From: Anaerolineae bacterium
Lineage (GTDB): Bacteria > Chloroflexota > Anaerolineae > B4-G1 > DUEL01
Direction of reading: 5' to 3'
Length of the DNA: 34,709 nucleotides
Assembly: GCA_034434755.1 (NCBI GenBank)
Contig: DAOTYW010000229.1
Span: 1-34,709, forward strand
This document shows, one piece after another, positions 1-8,075 of this stretch; the first letter of the stretch is position 1, and each line of letters starts with the position of its first letter. Below the pieces are notes generated by a model. That model ran no database searches. It saw only the letters and a list, made by a program, of their open reading frames with translations, and was not told where the DNA came from. The position numbers and the translations under genes were made by a program.

Positions 1-311
1 TGCCCTACGCCCACTTCGCCCCCGGCCACGGCCCGGCCTACGCGGCCGGCGATGAGATCGCCTGCGCCTGCGCCGCCAACCGGCAGCGGCTGGAGGCGGT
101 GCGCGAGCAGGTCCTCGCCGCGCTGGCCACCCCGCAGGACACCGCCGCCCTGGTCGCCCACGTCGCCGACCACTTCGCCCTGCGCCTGACCACAGCCACA
201 TCCTACTTCCTCACCCAGACCACCATCCTCGCCGCGCTCGCCTCGCTGGAGCGGGCGGGCAAGGCGCAGGCAATCATCACGGACAACCGCCTGCTCTGGC
301 AGCGCCCCTGA
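1..311 (+). CDS. 3' end of a CDS entering from upstream; possibly an MBL-fold (LACTB2-like) hydrolase with a C-terminal winged-helix-like tail
   Basis: Frame 3 is open from base 3 (PYAHFAPGHGPAYAAGDEI...) and continues into the listed 99..311 ORF, ending at TGA 309-311. HFAPGHGP resembles the distal His motif region of MBL-fold hydrolases. Family assignment is from memory only. Confidence 0.4.
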   Translation, partial: PYAHFAPGHGPAYAAGDEIACACAANRQRLEAVREQVLAALATPQDTAALVAHVADHFALRLTTATSYFLTQTTILAALASLERAGKAQAIITDNRLLWQRP

Positions 312-355
312 ACGCCCTGGAATCCAACTCTGGACATTGGAACGAGGAGGAGAGA

Positions 356-2824
356 ATGACAGACACCTACATCCCCCAGGAAATCGAACCGCAATGGCGA
401 CAACGGTGGGAAGAGACCGGCCTGTACGCCACGCGCGAGGACCCCGAGCGGCCCAAGTACTACTTCCTGACCATGCTCCCCTACCCATCCGCCGACTTCC
501 TCCACGTCGGTCACTGGTACGTCATGGCCCCCTCGGACGTGCGCGCACGTTTCATGCGCATGCGCGGCTACAATGTCTTCTATCCCATCGGCTTCGACGC
601 TTTCGGTCTGCCGGCGGAGAACGCCGCCATCCAGCGCGGCATCCATCCGGCCAAATGGGCCTGGGATAGCATCCATGTCATGCGCCAGCAACTGCGCATG
701 ATGGGCGCGATGTGGGCCTGGGACCGCGAGGCAGTCACCTGCCTGCCCGAATACTACAAATGGACGCAGTGGTTCTTCCTGCGCTTCTACGAGGCCGGCC
801 TGGCCTACAAGAAGCTGGCCCCGGTGGACTTCTGTCCCAAGTGCAATACCACCCTGGCCCGCGAGCAGGTCTGGGGGGAGGACCGTCACTGCGAGCGTTG
901 TCACACGCCGGTAATCAAGAAGGAGCTGGAACAGTGGTTCTTCCGCATCACCGACTACGCCGAGGAATTGCTCGATCATTCCCAACTGGACTGGCCGGAA
1001 AACATCTGCACGATGCAGAAGAACTGGATCGGGCGTAGCGAAGGGGCCAACGTCACCTTCCTGTCCGAGCAGGGTGACCCCATCGTCGTCTTCACCACCC
1101 GCCCGGACACCCTGTGGGGGGCAACGTTCATGGTGCTGGCCCCCGAACACCCACTGGTGGACAAACTGACCGCAGCGGAGTTCCGCCAGGCGGTAGCAGC
1201 CTACCAGTATCAGGCCTCGCGCCAGAGCGAGATCGAGCGGCTGTCCACCGAGAAGGAGAAGACCGGCGTCTTTATCGGCGCGTTCGCTATCAACCCGGTC
1301 AACAACGAGCGCATCCCGATCTGGATCGCCGATTACGTGATGATGACCTACGGCACCGGGGCGATCATGGCCGTCCCAGCCCACGACGAGCGTGACTTCG
1401 CTTTCGCCCAGAAGTACGGTCTGCCGATCCGCGTCGTCATCCGCCCGCCCGACTGGGATGGCGAACCGCTGCGCCAGGCGTTCGTGGACGTGGAGACGGG
1501 GGTGATGATCAACTCCGGCCCCTTCGACGGCACGCCAGCCCAGGAGGGCAAGCAGCAAGTGACCGACTGGCTGGCTGCCCAGGGCAAGGGCGAGTTCGCC
1601 ATCAACTACCGGCTGCGCGACTGGCTGATCAGCCGCCAGCGCTACTGGGGCGCGCCGATCCCGATCATCTACTGCGACCGCTGTGGCATCGTCCCCGTAC
1701 CCTACGAGGACCTGCCAGTGATCCTGCCCACCGATGCGGTCGTCCCACCGACCGGCGAGAACGCACTGAAGTTCCACGAAGGCTTCCTGCACACCACCTG
1801 CCCGCGCTGCGGCGGCCCGGCCACCCGCGAGACCGACACGATGGATACGTTCATGTGCTCCTCGTGGTACCAATACGCCTACGTGACTCCCTACCACCGG
1901 CAGGGCCAGCCGCTGCACCGCGACGACTGCCCGTGGGACCCGCAGGCCGGCCGCTACTGGCTGCCGGTGGATATGTACACCGGCGGGCCGGAACACGCCC
2001 ACATGCACCTGCTCTATACCCGCTTCTTCACCAAAGTGCTGCGCGACCTGGGGCTGGTGGACTTCGACGAGCCGATGCTGGCGCTGCGCAACCAGGGCAT
2101 CATCCTGGGGCCCGATGGCAGCCGCATGAGCAAGTCGGCAGGGAACGTTGTCCTGCCGGACGAGCTGGTGAAGCAGTACGGGACGGACGCGGTGCGTGCC
2201 TATCTGATGTTCGGCTGGCGCTGGGATCAGGGCGGGCCGTGGGATCCTCAGGGCATCGAAGGGGTATACCGCTGGCTGAACCGCGTCTGGAACCTGGTGC
2301 TGGAACCCGGCGAGACCTCCGCCGCAGCCGGTGAGAAGGAAGTCGCCGACCTGCGCCGTTGGACGCACAGGACCATCCGCCGGGTCAGCGAAGACGTGGA
2401 GAACTTCGCCTTCAACACGGTCATCGCCGCGTTGATGGAGCTGACCAACGCCCTGACGCGGGCCAGGCCCACGCTGTGGGGTACAGCGGCGTGGACAGAG
2501 GGGATCGAGACGCTGCTGCTGTTGCTGGCCCCCTGCTGCCCACATCTGGCCGAGGAACTGTGGGCGCGCAGCGGACACGCCTACAGCATCCACCAACAGA
2601 GCTGGCCAACGTACGATCCGGCCCTCATCGTCGAGGAGACGATCACGCTGGTCGTGCAGATCGGTGGGAAGGTGCGGGCGCGGCTGGAAGTGCCGGCGGA
2701 CATCGGCGAGGAGGCCGCCCGCCAGGCCGCCCTGGCCGACCCCAATGTTCAACGCTACCTGGAGGGAAAGGAGCCGCGCAAGGTGATCGTCGTGCCGGGA
2801 CGATTGGTCAACATCGTGGTCTGA
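356..2824 (+). CDS. leuS: leucine--tRNA ligase
   Basis: 822-aa ORF. ATG at 356 is preceded by GAGGAGGAG. It has a HIGH-type motif (PSADFLHVGH) and a KMSKS-type motif (SRMSKSAGN). Editing-domain and C-terminal regions are typical of bacterial LeuRS over the full length. Confidence 0.97.
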   Translation: MTDTYIPQEIEPQWRQRWEETGLYATREDPERPKYYFLTMLPYPSADFLHVGHWYVMAPSDVRARFMRMRGYNVFYPIGFDAFGLPAENAAIQRGIHPAKWAWDSIHVMRQQLRMMGAMWAWDREAVTCLPEYYKWTQWFFLRFYEAGLAYKKLAPVDFCPKCNTTLAREQVWGEDRHCERCHTPVIKKELEQWFFRITDYAEELLDHSQLDWPENICTMQKNWIGRSEGANVTFLSEQGDPIVVFTTRPDTLWGATFMVLAPEHPLVDKLTAAEFRQAVAAYQYQASRQSEIERLSTEKEKTGVFIGAFAINPVNNERIPIWIADYVMMTYGTGAIMAVPAHDERDFAFAQKYGLPIRVVIRPPDWDGEPLRQAFVDVETGVMINSGPFDGTPAQEGKQQVTDWLAAQGKGEFAINYRLRDWLISRQRYWGAPIPIIYCDRCGIVPVPYEDLPVILPTDAVVPPTGENALKFHEGFLHTTCPRCGGPATRETDTMDTFMCSSWYQYAYVTPYHRQGQPLHRDDCPWDPQAGRYWLPVDMYTGGPEHAHMHLLYTRFFTKVLRDLGLVDFDEPMLALRNQGIILGPDGSRMSKSAGNVVLPDELVKQYGTDAVRAYLMFGWRWDQGGPWDPQGIEGVYRWLNRVWNLVLEPGETSAAAGEKEVADLRRWTHRTIRRVSEDVENFAFNTVIAALMELTNALTRARPTLWGTAAWTEGIETLLLLLAPCCPHLAEELWARSGHAYSIHQQSWPTYDPALIVEETITLVVQIGGKVRARLEVPADIGEEAARQAALADPNVQRYLEGKEPRKVIVVPGRLVNIVV

Positions 2825-2830
2825 AATTCC

Positions 2831-3262
2831 CCGCCCGTAGGGGCGGACGCCGTCCGCCCCTACACCGTCATCACCACCTGTGGGGCGGACGCCGTCCGCC
2901 CCTACACCGTCATCACCACCTGTGGGGCGGACGCCGTCCGCCCCTACACCGCCATCACCACCTGTGGGGCGGACGCCGTCCGCCCCTACACCGCCATCAC
3001 CACCTGTGGGGCGGACGCCGTCCGCCCCTACGGGCGGGCGCCGTCCGCCCCTACGGGCGGGCGCCATCTGCCCCTACGGGCGGACGCTATCCGTCCCTAC
3101 GGGCAGACGCCGTCCGCCCCTACACCGCCATCACCACCTGTGGGGCGGACGCCGTCCGTACCTACGGGCGGGCGCCGTCCGTCCATACGGGCGGGCGCCG
3201 TCCGCCCCTACGGGCGGACGCCGTCCGCCCCTACGCCGCCACCGTCACCGATGGGGCGGCGG
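2831..3262. repeat. array of about 13 copies of a 23-nt palindromic unit (GGGCGGACGCCGTCCGCCCCTAC), some separated by a conserved 16-19-nt linker; BIME/REP-like
   Basis: Read directly. Units with the linker ACCGYCATCACCACCTGT begin at 2837, 2880, 2922, 2964, 3006 and 3140 (42-43-nt period). Head-to-tail 23-nt units occupy 3032-3123 and 3166-3234. The core GGGGCGGACG-C-CGTCCGCCCC is a perfect 10+10 palindrome. Confidence 0.9.
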
Positions 3263-4223
3263 ACAGAGGTGGGTAATCCACCGCGCCGAAGCGGGTGAGA
3301 ATCACCGCCCCCAGCACCCAGCAGGCGACCAGGAACCCGCCGATCCAGCCGATGCAGGGCAGCAGGTCGAACAACCCGCTGACCAGGGTGAGCAGGCCGG
3401 CGCCCAGCGCTGCCGACCAGAAGGGATGGCCGCGCTCACCCAGCAGCCGCTGGCCGATGAGGATGCCCAGGGCTGCCCAACCGAAGACGGTCGCAACCCC
3501 GGCGGCTACCCCCGCCACCAGGCCGATCACCGTCAGACAGAGGCTGACCAGCAGGACAATCACGATCAGTGCCGTCAACAGCCCCAGGCCAAAGGCCGGC
3601 AGCGGGGCGCGCAGGGCGCTGCGTCCGACCCGCGCCGCCGGCTGCGGCCACAGCACCGCCACCAGCCCGGCCAGCACGGCCATCAGCAATACGACCAGCA
3701 TCATCCGCACCACCGCCCAGACCGCGCTCAGCGTCCACTCCACTGTCCAGCGCAGCGGGTTCACGGAGCGAAATCCCGGCCCGTACTCGCCGTGGAAGGG
3801 CACCACCACCGGCCCGCTCCACCACATCCCCGGCAAGCGCTCCACGACCTGTCCGCGCACCTCCGCGCCCTCCTCGCGCTCCAGGTTGCCGTCAGCCACG
3901 ATCAGGTCGCGCTCGATCACCGCCGTGCTGCGCAGGCGCACGTTGCCGCCGAAGACCGCCAGGTCCTCCCCCACCGTCCCGCTGACCTCGGCGTTCCCGC
4001 CCCAGACGACCACGTTCCCGTCCACCCGACTGTCCTCCTCCAGCGTCACATTGCCGCCGAAGACAATCAGATCGCCGGACATGGTCTCGCCGCTGTCGAG
4101 GGTAAAGTTGTCGCCGAAGACCACCTGCCCGCCTGGTCCGCCGTCGTCTGCCAGCGCCGGAGCAGCCGGCAGCAACCAGAGCGCGGTCAGCAGGGCTACC
4201 AGAACGATTCGCACGTTACGCAT
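3231..4223 (-). CDS. membrane protein with signal peptide, bactofilin-like (DUF583-type) beta-helical repeat domain and C-terminal polytopic membrane domain
   Basis: I chose ATG at 4223 (MRNVRIVLVALL...), preceded by GAAGGAGG, over the upstream ATG in the ORF track. The repeat pattern GDLIVFGGNVTLEEDSRVDGNVVVWGGNAEVSGTVGEDLAVFGGNV is typical of polymer-forming cytoskeletal/bactofilin folds. It is followed by 4-5 hydrophobic helices. Confidence 0.7.
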   Translation of the reverse strand: MRNVRIVLVALLTALWLLPAAPALADDGGPGGQVVFGDNFTLDSGETMSGDLIVFGGNVTLEEDSRVDGNVVVWGGNAEVSGTVGEDLAVFGGNVRLRSTAVIERDLIVADGNLEREEGAEVRGQVVERLPGMWWSGPVVVPFHGEYGPGFRSVNPLRWTVEWTLSAVWAVVRMMLVVLLMAVLAGLVAVLWPQPAARVGRSALRAPLPAFGLGLLTALIVIVLLVSLCLTVIGLVAGVAAGVATVFGWAALGILIGQRLLGERGHPFWSAALGAGLLTLVSGLFDLLPCIGWIGGFLVACWVLGAVILTRFGAVDYPPLSAAPSVTVAA

Positions 4224-4233
4224 GGGACCTCCT

Positions 4234-5115
4234 TCACTCGCCGATCTGTTCGATAGAGACCGTGCCCACGCCGACCTCCACGGTGACGTCGAGCTGGATG
4301 CTCGCCGTGTCGTAGGTGTCGTTGACATACGCCCCGTCCGACTCGCGGAACCCACTGCCGGCCCGCACGTTGCCCATACCGCCCTCCATCTGCACCCGCA
4401 CGCCGACCTCTTGCGGGAAGCGCAGGGTGACTGCGCCGGTGCCGATGGTCACGTGGACGCGCGCCGACTGCGGCCAGGCGCCGACGAAGTTCAGCACCAG
4501 GTTGCCCGCCCCCGCCTCCACGGTCACGGAATCCGGCCCGGCGTTGCCGATCCCCTCCACGCGCAGGTTGGACGCCCCGGTGCGCACGGTCAAGTCGGTC
4601 ATCCGTACCGGGTTGGGTTCATCGAACCCGACCTCCAGATCCGCCGCCCCCGTCTCCACCAATAGCTCGCTCAACGACAGTCCGCTGAAGTCCAGGTCGC
4701 CATCGCCGGCCCCGATCCGCATGGTCATCTCCATGGGCACGTCCGGAGCGAAGGCCAGTGTCCAGTGGTTCTCAGCGCCGGCGTCGGGCATTCCCTCGGC
4801 GCCGGCCTGGGTGACGGACAGCTCGCTGCCGTCCCAGGAGACCTCCGGCGCCCATTCGGCGATGTTGGTGCGGAAGACGCCGGAGAAGAAGTTCGCGGAG
4901 TCGCCGGCAGCCACGGTGATCTCCCCCGCCCCCATCACGACGTCCACCTCCGCTTCCGTGACCCCTGCCCGTGGCACCTGGTGGGTGTACTCCTGCATCT
5001 CGCCCACCTGCAGGCGGGGTACATCAATACTGGGCAGCGCCGGCACAGAGATCGTACAGGCCAGGGCACTGAGCGCCAGCAACAGCGCGATCAGAATCGG
5101 AACCGCTCGCTTCAT
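4234..5115 (-). CDS. lipoprotein with Toastrack/DUF4097-like repeated beta-strand domain
   Basis: ATG at 5115 (MKRAVPILIALLLALSALAC) is preceded by AGGAGGTGGAG. It has a lipobox-like LSALAC. Repeated segments of the type VTVEAGAGNLVLNF, VHVTIGTGAVTLRF and LTVRTGASNLRVEG are characteristic of DUF4097. Confidence 0.65.
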   Translation of the reverse strand: MKRAVPILIALLLALSALACTISVPALPSIDVPRLQVGEMQEYTHQVPRAGVTEAEVDVVMGAGEITVAAGDSANFFSGVFRTNIAEWAPEVSWDGSELSVTQAGAEGMPDAGAENHWTLAFAPDVPMEMTMRIGAGDGDLDFSGLSLSELLVETGAADLEVGFDEPNPVRMTDLTVRTGASNLRVEGIGNAGPDSVTVEAGAGNLVLNFVGAWPQSARVHVTIGTGAVTLRFPQEVGVRVQMEGGMGNVRAGSGFRESDGAYVNDTYDTASIQLDVTVEVGVGTVSIEQIGE

Positions 5116-5136
5116 TCTCCACCTCCTGATGTGCAT

Positions 5137-5670
5137 TCAACCGATCACCGCCATCCGCCGGAGCATGCCCCACCACAGCAGGCCGGACAGCAGTGCCAGT
5201 GCCAGGCTGACCAGGGCCAGCAACAGAAGCGGATAGAGCAGCGCCGCGAAGGTCAGGCAGAGGGAGTTCAACAGCGGCACGGCGCTGGCCAGCAGACGGT
5301 CGAGCAGCAGATCGCCGGCCGCCAGGAAGGGGCGGAGGATCGAGAACAGGCTGGGGAGCTTCCACAGCGCGGTCGGCACCAGGAGAACAGCCATCGCCCC
5401 GCCGCCCGCCGTCAGGGCCAGGGCGCCCAACGCCGTCCGCCGCACGCGTCGCCGCCGGTCCAGGCGGGCCATCGCCCGCCCGAAGAAACCGGCGGGTGGG
5501 CGGGCCATCGGCGCGGCATGCAGCCACCGCTCCAGCGTCTGCAGCCGCTCCCACTCGGCGCGACAGTCCGCGCAGCGGGCCAGGTGACCGTCCAGCTCGA
5601 CGCGCCCCGCCGCAGAAAGCTCCCCGTCGAGCGCCTGCATCATCCGCCCTCGTGTCAGTTCACAGTCCAT
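5137..5670 (-). CDS. membrane-bound zinc-finger (zf-HC2) anti-sigma factor
   Basis: N-terminal HLARCADC (H-x3-C-x2-C) with an upstream Cys. C-terminal hydrophobic helices. It overlaps the stop of the upstream ECF sigma gene by 11 nt. Confidence 0.8.
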   Translation of the reverse strand: MDCELTRGRMMQALDGELSAAGRVELDGHLARCADCRAEWERLQTLERWLHAAPMARPPAGFFGRAMARLDRRRRVRRTALGALALTAGGGAMAVLLVPTALWKLPSLFSILRPFLAAGDLLLDRLLASAVPLLNSLCLTFAALLYPLLLLALVSLALALLSGLLWWGMLRRMAVIG

Positions 5671-6196
5671 TGGTTTCCTCTGCCATCACCGCTGCCAGCG
5701 CCCGGCGCGCCCGGTGCAGGCGGGACTTCACCGCGCTCACCGTCATCGAGAGCGCCTGGGCGATCTCTTCGTAAGAACAGTCGTACCAGTAGAGCAGGAT
5801 GACCGCCGCCCGGTCGGTCGGTGGGAGCTCCAACAGCAGCCGCTGCACCCGCTCCTGCGTCTCTCGCCGCACCACCGCCATCTCCGGGTCGTGACAGCGG
5901 GCTGTCAGCACGACCTCGTCCAGCGACACCGTGGGTCGGCGTCGCCGCAGCCGATCCACGCAGTGGTGGGCGGTGATCGAGAGCAACCAGTGGCGGAACG
6001 GGCGCTGCGGGTCGTACCGACCCAGGTTCTGGAACGCCCGCAGGAATGTCTCCTGGGCCGCGTCCTCCGCTTCCATCCGATCGCCGGTCATCCGGTAGGC
6101 CAGATTGTAAACCGGCGTCTGGTAGAGCTGGACCAGACGCCCGAACGCTGCGCGATTTCCTTCTGTGGCCTGCTGAATCCAGGCGGCTTCATCCAT
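5660..6196 (-). CDS. ECF-type RNA polymerase sigma-70 family factor
   Basis: 178 aa. Region 2 (YRMTGDRMEAEDAAQETFLRAF) and region 4 HTH (YEEIAQALSMTVSAVKSRLHRAR) are both recognisable. Confidence 0.9.
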   Translation of the reverse strand: MDEAAWIQQATEGNRAAFGRLVQLYQTPVYNLAYRMTGDRMEAEDAAQETFLRAFQNLGRYDPQRPFRHWLLSITAHHCVDRLRRRRPTVSLDEVVLTARCHDPEMAVVRRETQERVQRLLLELPPTDRAAVILLYWYDCSYEEIAQALSMTVSAVKSRLHRARRALAAVMAEETNGL

Positions 6197-6242
6197 CGTG
6201 TGCGCGCGCTCCCCGGCAGCTATATGGTATACGCAGGAGGAA

Positions 6243-6405
6243 GGTTTCAGGTTGCAGGTTACAGGGTTTCAGGTTGCAGGTTACAGGGTTTCAGGTTGCA
6301 GGTTGGCGAGCAGCTCATTGCGGCGCACTTCAGTGCAGAGATTACGCCCGAACCTGCGGGAGGGTAGGCCGTTACCCTGTAACCTTGAAACCTGAAACCT
6401 GAAAC
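6243..6405. repeat. composite repeat: 2.8 tandem copies of a 22-nt unit, a central 70-nt segment carrying a conserved 41-nt element, then inverted heptamer copies
   Basis: GGTTTCAG-GTTGCAG-GTTACAG units occupy 6243-6304. The conserved element GCAGAGATTACGCCCGAACCTGCGGGAGGGTAGGCCGTTAC lies at 6335-6375. Inverted CCTGTAACC-TTGAAACC-TGAAACC-TGAAAC lies at 6376-6405 and abuts the murE stop codon. Confidence 0.85.
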
Positions 6406-7940
6406 TATCCCGTGGGCAGCGTGTCCAGCGTCTCGCCGCGCAGCGCCCGGCGCATGGCCTCGCGGTCGTCCCAGGGGTACTCGACCGTGCCGAAGCACAT
6501 GGACTGCTCGTGGCCCTTGCCACAGGCGATGACCACGTCGCCTGGGCGGGCCATCCGGCAGGCGAAGCGGATCGCCTCGCCGCGGTCGGGGATACGGAAG
6601 AGGTCCACGTCGTCGCGCTTGCCGGCCTCCCGCGCCGCCGCCGCGCTGACGGCCATGATCTCCTCCAGGCTCTCGGTGCGCGGGTCCTCGGCGGTCAGCA
6701 CAACCACGTCGGCCAGCTCGCCAGCGCTGCGGCCCATCAGCGTCCGCTTCTCGCGGTCGCGCAGCCCGGCGCAGCCGAAGACGACGATCACCCGCCCGTC
6801 GGTCAGCGTGCGCGCCGTCTGCAGCGCGCGCACCAACGCGACCGGCGTATGGGCGAAGTCCACGATGGCCAGGAAGTCCTGCCCGGCCTCGATCCGCTCC
6901 ATCCGCCCCGGCACGCCGCGCACGGCGGCGACCCCGGCGGCGATGGCCTGCGGCGGGACCCCCAACGCCACGCCAGCCGACGCCGCTGCCAAGATGTTGC
7001 TGACGTTGTAGGCGCCGACCAGGGCGGTCTCCACCGCCACTTCCGCGCCCGGCAGTCGCAACGTGAAACGAGTGGCGGCGGAGCCATACTCCACGTCGGC
7101 GGCTGTCACATCCCCTTCCCCGTCTACCGAGTAGACGATCCGTCGGTCGGCGGGGATGAGCCGCAGGTAGTCGTAGGAGCTGTCGTCGCGGTTCAGCACC
7201 GCCACCTTGGGCAAGCCGGGCTTGTGGAAGGAGCCGGTCAGTCCCTCGAACAGCATCGCCTTGGCCCGCCGGTAGGCCTCCAGCGAGCCGTGAAAGTCCA
7301 GGTGCTCGTGGGTCACGTTGGTCACCACCGCCACGTCGAAATCGCAGCCGGCCACCCGTTGTTGGGCCAGGCCATGCGAGGTCACCTCCAGCACCGCGTG
7401 GGTCAGACCGCTCTCGACCATCCGCGCCAGGTAGCGCTGCACGTCCGGCGGGTCGGGCGTGGTGGTGTGCAGGCCGGTGTCCACCTCCTCCGCGCCGATG
7501 CGCGCGCTGACGGTGGTGATCAGCCCAGCGGCGAAGCCGGCTGCCTGGAGGACGGCGTGGGTCAGCGTAGCGGTAGTCGTCTTGCCGTCGGTGCCGGTGA
7601 CGCCGACCAGGGCCAGGCGGCGGGCGGGGAAGCCCTCCCAGGCAGCGCAGAGCCAGCCCCAGGCCTGGCGGGCGTCGGCGACGCGGACGTAGGTGAAGGA
7701 ACCCCAGGGCAGCCCGCTCAGTTCGGCAGGGGCGCGCTCGCCGACGACGGCGGCCGCCCCCTCGGCCACCGCCTGGGCGATGAAGCGATGCCCGTCCACG
7801 TTGATGCCGGGGATGGCGACGAACAGGTCACCGGGGCGGACGCGGCGCGAGTCCGTGCAGACGCCGCCGACCTCCACATCCAGCCCGACCCGCCCGATGA
7901 CGTTCGGGACATGCTCGATAAGCTCGTTCAGCCCTCGCAC
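6405..7940 (-). CDS. murE: UDP-N-acetylmuramoyl-L-alanyl-D-glutamate--2,6-diaminopimelate ligase
   Basis: Mur ligase P-loop GVTGTDGKTTT, DFAHTP motif and EDPR (DNPR-type motif of DAP-adding MurE). I prefer GTG at 7940, preceded by AGGAGGAGG. The track start at 8000 would lie inside the upstream repeat, so the start is uncertain. Confidence 0.9.
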   Translation of the reverse strand: MRGLNELIEHVPNVIGRVGLDVEVGGVCTDSRRVRPGDLFVAIPGINVDGHRFIAQAVAEGAAAVVGERAPAELSGLPWGSFTYVRVADARQAWGWLCAAWEGFPARRLALVGVTGTDGKTTTATLTHAVLQAAGFAAGLITTVSARIGAEEVDTGLHTTTPDPPDVQRYLARMVESGLTHAVLEVTSHGLAQQRVAGCDFDVAVVTNVTHEHLDFHGSLEAYRRAKAMLFEGLTGSFHKPGLPKVAVLNRDDSSYDYLRLIPADRRIVYSVDGEGDVTAADVEYGSAATRFTLRLPGAEVAVETALVGAYNVSNILAAASAGVALGVPPQAIAAGVAAVRGVPGRMERIEAGQDFLAIVDFAHTPVALVRALQTARTLTDGRVIVVFGCAGLRDREKRTLMGRSAGELADVVVLTAEDPRTESLEEIMAVSAAAAREAGKRDDVDLFRIPDRGEAIRFACRMARPGDVVIACGKGHEQSMCFGTVEYPWDDREAMRRALRGETLDTLPTG

Positions 7941-7973
7941 CGCACCTCCTCCTGCCGCAGCCGGAATGCAATA

Positions 7974-8053
7974 GACCACCGATGACGAACCACCGACCAC
8001 TGCTGAACCGTGGTGGTCCGTCGTCGGTGGTCGGTGGTCCGTCGTCGGTGGTC
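7974..8053. repeat. heptamer-based inverted/direct repeat (two tandem 21-nt units plus an upstream inverted copy)
   Basis: GGTGGTC-CGTCGTC-GGTGGTC occurs at 8012-8032 and again at 8033-8053. An imperfect inverted copy, GACCACCGATGACGAACCACCGACCAC, lies at 7974-8000. The repeat sits between the atpF/H stop (8076) and the murE start. Confidence 0.8.
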
Positions 8054-8075
8054 GAAGGGGGAAAGGTCCCCAGTC

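Noticed and set aside
312-355. T-box or other leader upstream of leuS
   Set aside because: The spacer is only 44 nt and consists of little more than the RBS. There is no room for a T-box or riboswitch.
203-3067. 954-aa minus-strand ORF covering all of leuS and running into the palindromic array
   Set aside because: It is antisense to a full-length, motif-complete LeuRS. The composition is Gly/Arg/Pro/Ala-rich, typical of spurious open frames in high-GC DNA. I recognise no motifs. Its N-terminal part is just a translation of the palindromic repeats (GADGVRPTGGDGGV).
2837-3234. Possible CRISPR array
   Set aside because: The period is only 23 or 42-43 nt. The intervening linker is itself conserved (ACCGYCATCACCACCTGT) rather than unique spacers. 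No cas genes or leader are present.
2359-4256. Plus-strand ORFs 2359..3276 and 2880..4256 with striking peptide repeats (HRHHHLWGGRRPPL, GRTPSAPTPSSPPV)
   Set aside because: The peptide periodicity is a direct consequence of the 42/23-nt DNA repeat. The ORFs overlap the leuS 3' end and the well-supported minus-strand membrane-protein gene. They have no RBS and no recognisable domain.
4224-4355. N-terminal extensions given by the ORF track for several genes (also 5116-5136, 18585-18737, 23578-23802, 30844-30963, 34283-34348)
   Set aside because: In each case an internal ATG with a strong GGAGG-type RBS gives a typical N-terminus (signal peptide, TM helix or conserved motif). The extension also overlaps the neighbouring gene, a promoter or a repeat array.
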